This document shows positions 42,637 through 45,202 of a DNA stretch of 45,202 nucleotides, in pieces; the first letter of the stretch is position 1, and each line of letters begins with the position of its first letter. Made by a program: the position numbers and the translations under genes. Origin of the DNA: an uncultured Oscillospiraceae bacterium (GTDB lineage: Bacteria > Bacillota > Clostridia > UMGS1883); NCBI GenBank assembly GCA_964604615.1, contig CAZRZU010000003.1, forward strand, positions 1-45,202. The letters run 5' to 3'. The notes beneath the pieces were generated by a model. It did no database searches. It had not been told where the DNA came from and saw nothing but the letters and a program-made list of their open reading frames with translations.

Positions 42637-43367
42637 ATATAGAAATTACAGGACCTAAAATACTTTTTGAAATTCCCGTGTTGGGAGGCATTAAAATAAC
42701 CGAAACCGTTGTAAACGGTTGGCTGGTTGTTGCGATTATTGGTTTTTTATGTTGGTTTTTAACCCGTAACCTGGTAACGAAAAACCCCTCGAAGAGGCAG
42801 CTTGTGGCAGAAAAGCTTTACTGCATGCTCGTTAACATGGTAGAAAGTGTTATGGGCAAAAAGTGGACAAATTTTTCGCCTTACATCGGAGCACTTTTCA
42901 CCTACTCCTTGTTCGGCTCTCTTTTAAGCCTTACGGGATTGCGCTCCGTTACCGGTGACTTGTCAACCACAGGCGCAATGGCGCTGGTTACAACAGTTAT
43001 GGTTATTGCAACAAACATCAGAACAAACGGTGTTGGCGGCTGGCTCAAAAGCTACACTCAGCCCGTTGCGGTTATAACTCCCATTAATATCATAAGTGAA
43101 ATTGCCAACCCTGTGTCTATGGCATTCCGTCACTTTGGTAACATTGCGGCAGGTATTGTTATAACAAGCATTATATACGGTGCGTTGGCGGCGGCAAGTA
43201 ATATGATACTTGGGTGGATTCCCAATGATTTTATTGCAAACATTCCCATTCTGCAGGCAGGTATACCTGCTGTGCTGTCAATTTATTTTGACTTGTTCAC
43301 AGGCTTTTTACAGGCATATATTATCTGTATGCTGACAATGGTAAATGTCTCCTCGGCAGGAGAATAA
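42633..43367 (+). CDS. atpB: F0F1 ATP synthase subunit a
   Basis: Conserved stator arginine block NPVSMAFRHFGNIAAG, plus operon position. Confidence 0.92.
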   Translation: MNIEITGPKILFEIPVLGGIKITETVVNGWLVVAIIGFLCWFLTRNLVTKNPSKRQLVAEKLYCMLVNMVESVMGKKWTNFSPYIGALFTYSLFGSLLSLTGLRSVTGDLSTTGAMALVTTVMVIATNIRTNGVGGWLKSYTQPVAVITPINIISEIANPVSMAFRHFGNIAAGIVITSIIYGALAAASNMILGWIPNDFIANIPILQAGIPAVLSIYFDLFTGFLQAYIICMLTMVNVSSAGE

Positions 43368-43389
43368 GCTGAGATTTTAATTTTTTTAA

Positions 43390-43686
<297 letters not shown>

Positions 43687-43704
43687 TCTTAAAGGAGGAT
43701 ATCC

Positions 43705-44214
43705 ATGGAGCAGTATTTATCGTTTGTTACATTGGATACATGGACTCTCATATTCACTTGGGTCAACCTTTTAATATTGTTCTTCCTTGTAAAGAAGCTT
43801 TTCTTTAAGCCTATGCAAAATATGCTCAATGCCAGAAATGCCGAAATAGAGGCAGATTATGCAAAAGCAAAAGAAGCTCAGGACGCAGCCGATAAAATGC
43901 GTGCTGAATATGAAGAAATGATGGAAAATGCCGAGGACTCCGCATCGAAGATTGTTTCAGATGCTGTTGCAAGTGCGTCGCTTAGGAGCAATGCAATTGT
44001 GAAAGAGGCAGAAGAAAAGGCTGCCAACATGATTGACAGAGCACAGAAAAATATTGATGCACAAAAAACCAGCGCGCTTATGGAATTAAAAAGCGAAGTG
44101 TCATCAATGGCTGTTGATATTGCAAAGAAGATTATCGAAAAGGATATTGACAAAAATGACCACGAAGAGCTTATCAACAAGGCATTGGAAGGTTTAGGTG
44201 GCTCAGATGAATGA
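43705..44214 (+). CDS. atpF: F0F1 ATP synthase subunit b
   Basis: Single N-terminal TM helix followed by a long charged coiled-coil, plus operon position. Confidence 0.9.
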   Translation: MEQYLSFVTLDTWTLIFTWVNLLILFFLVKKLFFKPMQNMLNARNAEIEADYAKAKEAQDAADKMRAEYEEMMENAEDSASKIVSDAVASASLRSNAIVKEAEEKAANMIDRAQKNIDAQKTSALMELKSEVSSMAVDIAKKIIEKDIDKNDHEELINKALEGLGGSDE

Positions 44215-44740
44215 GAGAATAGCATTGTATTCTTCCGCCCTTTATGATGTAGCTGTTGAATCAGCTTGTGAAAAAGAGGTTTATGAAAGCCTTGTGTCGG
44301 TTAAAGAACTTTTTGCCGAGTATAAGGACTATGTTAAAATTTTATCCTCTGCGTCTGTTGCGTACGAGGAAAGGGAAAAGCTTATTGACGATGCCTTTTC
44401 AGGCAGGGTTCATCCCTTTGTGCTCAATTTTATAAAAATACTTGCAAAAAAGAAAATTTGCGAGATATTTTCTCCCTGCGCAAATGAGTTTGAAAAATCC
44501 TATTTCAGGGACAAACACATTGAGCATGCCACTATAACTACGGCAGTTGAACTCAGTGAAGAAAAGAAAAAGGATATTGCCAAAAGGATATCTCTTGCCA
44601 CAGGGTGCGAAATCATACCGGAATTTTTGGTGGACGAGGGTATTCTGGGAGGCATTGTTATTGAAACAGAAAAAACAAGCATTGATGCTTCCGTAACAGG
44701 CAAGCTTGAATCAATCAAGAGACATATAAGCAAAAATTAA
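44207..44740 (+). CDS. atpH: F0F1 ATP synthase subunit delta
   Basis: OSCP/delta-like (IALYSSALYDVAVE ... IDASVTGKLESIKRHI). ATG 44207 overlaps the atpF stop (ATGAATGA); the ORF-track start is GTG 44198. Confidence 0.85.
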   Translation: MNERIALYSSALYDVAVESACEKEVYESLVSVKELFAEYKDYVKILSSASVAYEEREKLIDDAFSGRVHPFVLNFIKILAKKKICEIFSPCANEFEKSYFRDKHIEHATITTAVELSEEKKKDIAKRISLATGCEIIPEFLVDEGILGGIVIETEKTSIDASVTGKLESIKRHISKN

Positions 44741-44758
44741 CCGATGGGAGTGATAGGT

Positions 44759-45202
44759 TTGCGACTTAATTCGGATGAAATTGCAAGCATCATAAAGGAA
44801 CAAATTAAAAATTATTCAGATAAAATAACCCAGAGCGAAACAGGCAGAGTTATCGAAGTGGGTGACGGTATTGCCACCGCAACAGGACTTGACAACTGCA
44901 TGGCAAACGAGCTTGTGGAATTTGAAAACGGCGAAAAGGCAATGGCTTTAAACCTTGACGAGGGCACTGTAAGCCTTTGTGTTCTGGGCAGTGATGCCGG
45001 CATTAAGGAAGGCAGCCTTGTGAAAAGAACAGGAAGGGTTGTTGAAGTTGGTGTTGGCGAGGCTCTTATTGGCAGAGTTGTAGATGCCTTGGGTCAGCCC
45101 ATTGACGGTAAGGGCGAAATAAAATACGAAACATACCGTCCCGTTGAAGTTAAGGCGGCAGGCATTATTGAAAGAAAAAGTGTTTCTGTGCCTTTAAAGA
45201 CA
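44759..45202 (+). CDS. atpA: F0F1 ATP synthase subunit alpha, 5' fragment (continues past the window end)
   Basis: TTG 44759 follows GGGAG at 44746-44750. The translation (M)RLNSDEIASIIKEQIKNY...GRVIEVGDGIATATGL...VGEALIGRVVDALGQPIDGKG is the canonical alpha-subunit N-terminus. The frame stays open to 45202. Confidence 0.93.
   Translation, partial: MRLNSDEIASIIKEQIKNYSDKITQSETGRVIEVGDGIATATGLDNCMANELVEFENGEKAMALNLDEGTVSLCVLGSDAGIKEGSLVKRTGRVVEVGVGEALIGRVVDALGQPIDGKGEIKYETYRPVEVKAAGIIERKSVSVPLKT

Overview
This 45.2-kb window looks like chromosomal DNA from a low-GC Firmicute, probably a Clostridia-type anaerobe. It is densely coded with short gaps, GGAGG-type ribosome binding sites and many near-consensus sigma-A promoters (TTGACA-17-TATAAT, often with a TGn extension). 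I support 39 protein genes. Most are housekeeping: lepB-rbgA-rnhB-yraN, argD-argF, a GNAT acetyltransferase, mgtE, cysteine desulfurase-thiI, cinA-luxS-mtnN, a BMP-family nucleoside-type ABC importer, a heterodimeric ABCB-type exporter pair, and the start of an F1Fo ATP synthase operon (atpZ-atpI-atpB-atpE-atpF-atpH-atpA', cut by the window edge). The accessory-looking content is a set of large secreted multidomain proteins. These are two tandem paralogous ~740-aa proteins with a C-terminal HExxH domain resembling the anthrax lethal factor (ATLF/M34) fold, plus a divergently transcribed pair of 870 and 1254 aa built from LamG, metallophosphoesterase, CBM-like and MucBP-like modules. I found no rRNA, tRNA, CRISPR array, transposase, integrase or recognisable defence system. 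The most unusual signals are noncoding. (1) A ~390-nt hairpin-bounded, rod-like element lies between the exporter and the atp operon, and a second, diverged, reverse-oriented partial copy sits at the left window edge. (2) Two promoter-leader-terminator units resemble uncharacterised cis-regulatory RNAs, one upstream of a TetR-family gene and one upstream of a 55-aa membrane peptide gene. (3) A two-copy CTCCCTC/GAGGGAG triple-repeat element sits just upstream of two start codons. At the protein level, a short terminal module ending in a W-[DEN]-x-N-S-[LM]-x-P-like motif recurs in five secreted proteins. The ATP synthase c subunit also carries the full Na+-binding signature. All family assignments come from reading motifs by eye; no database search was possible.
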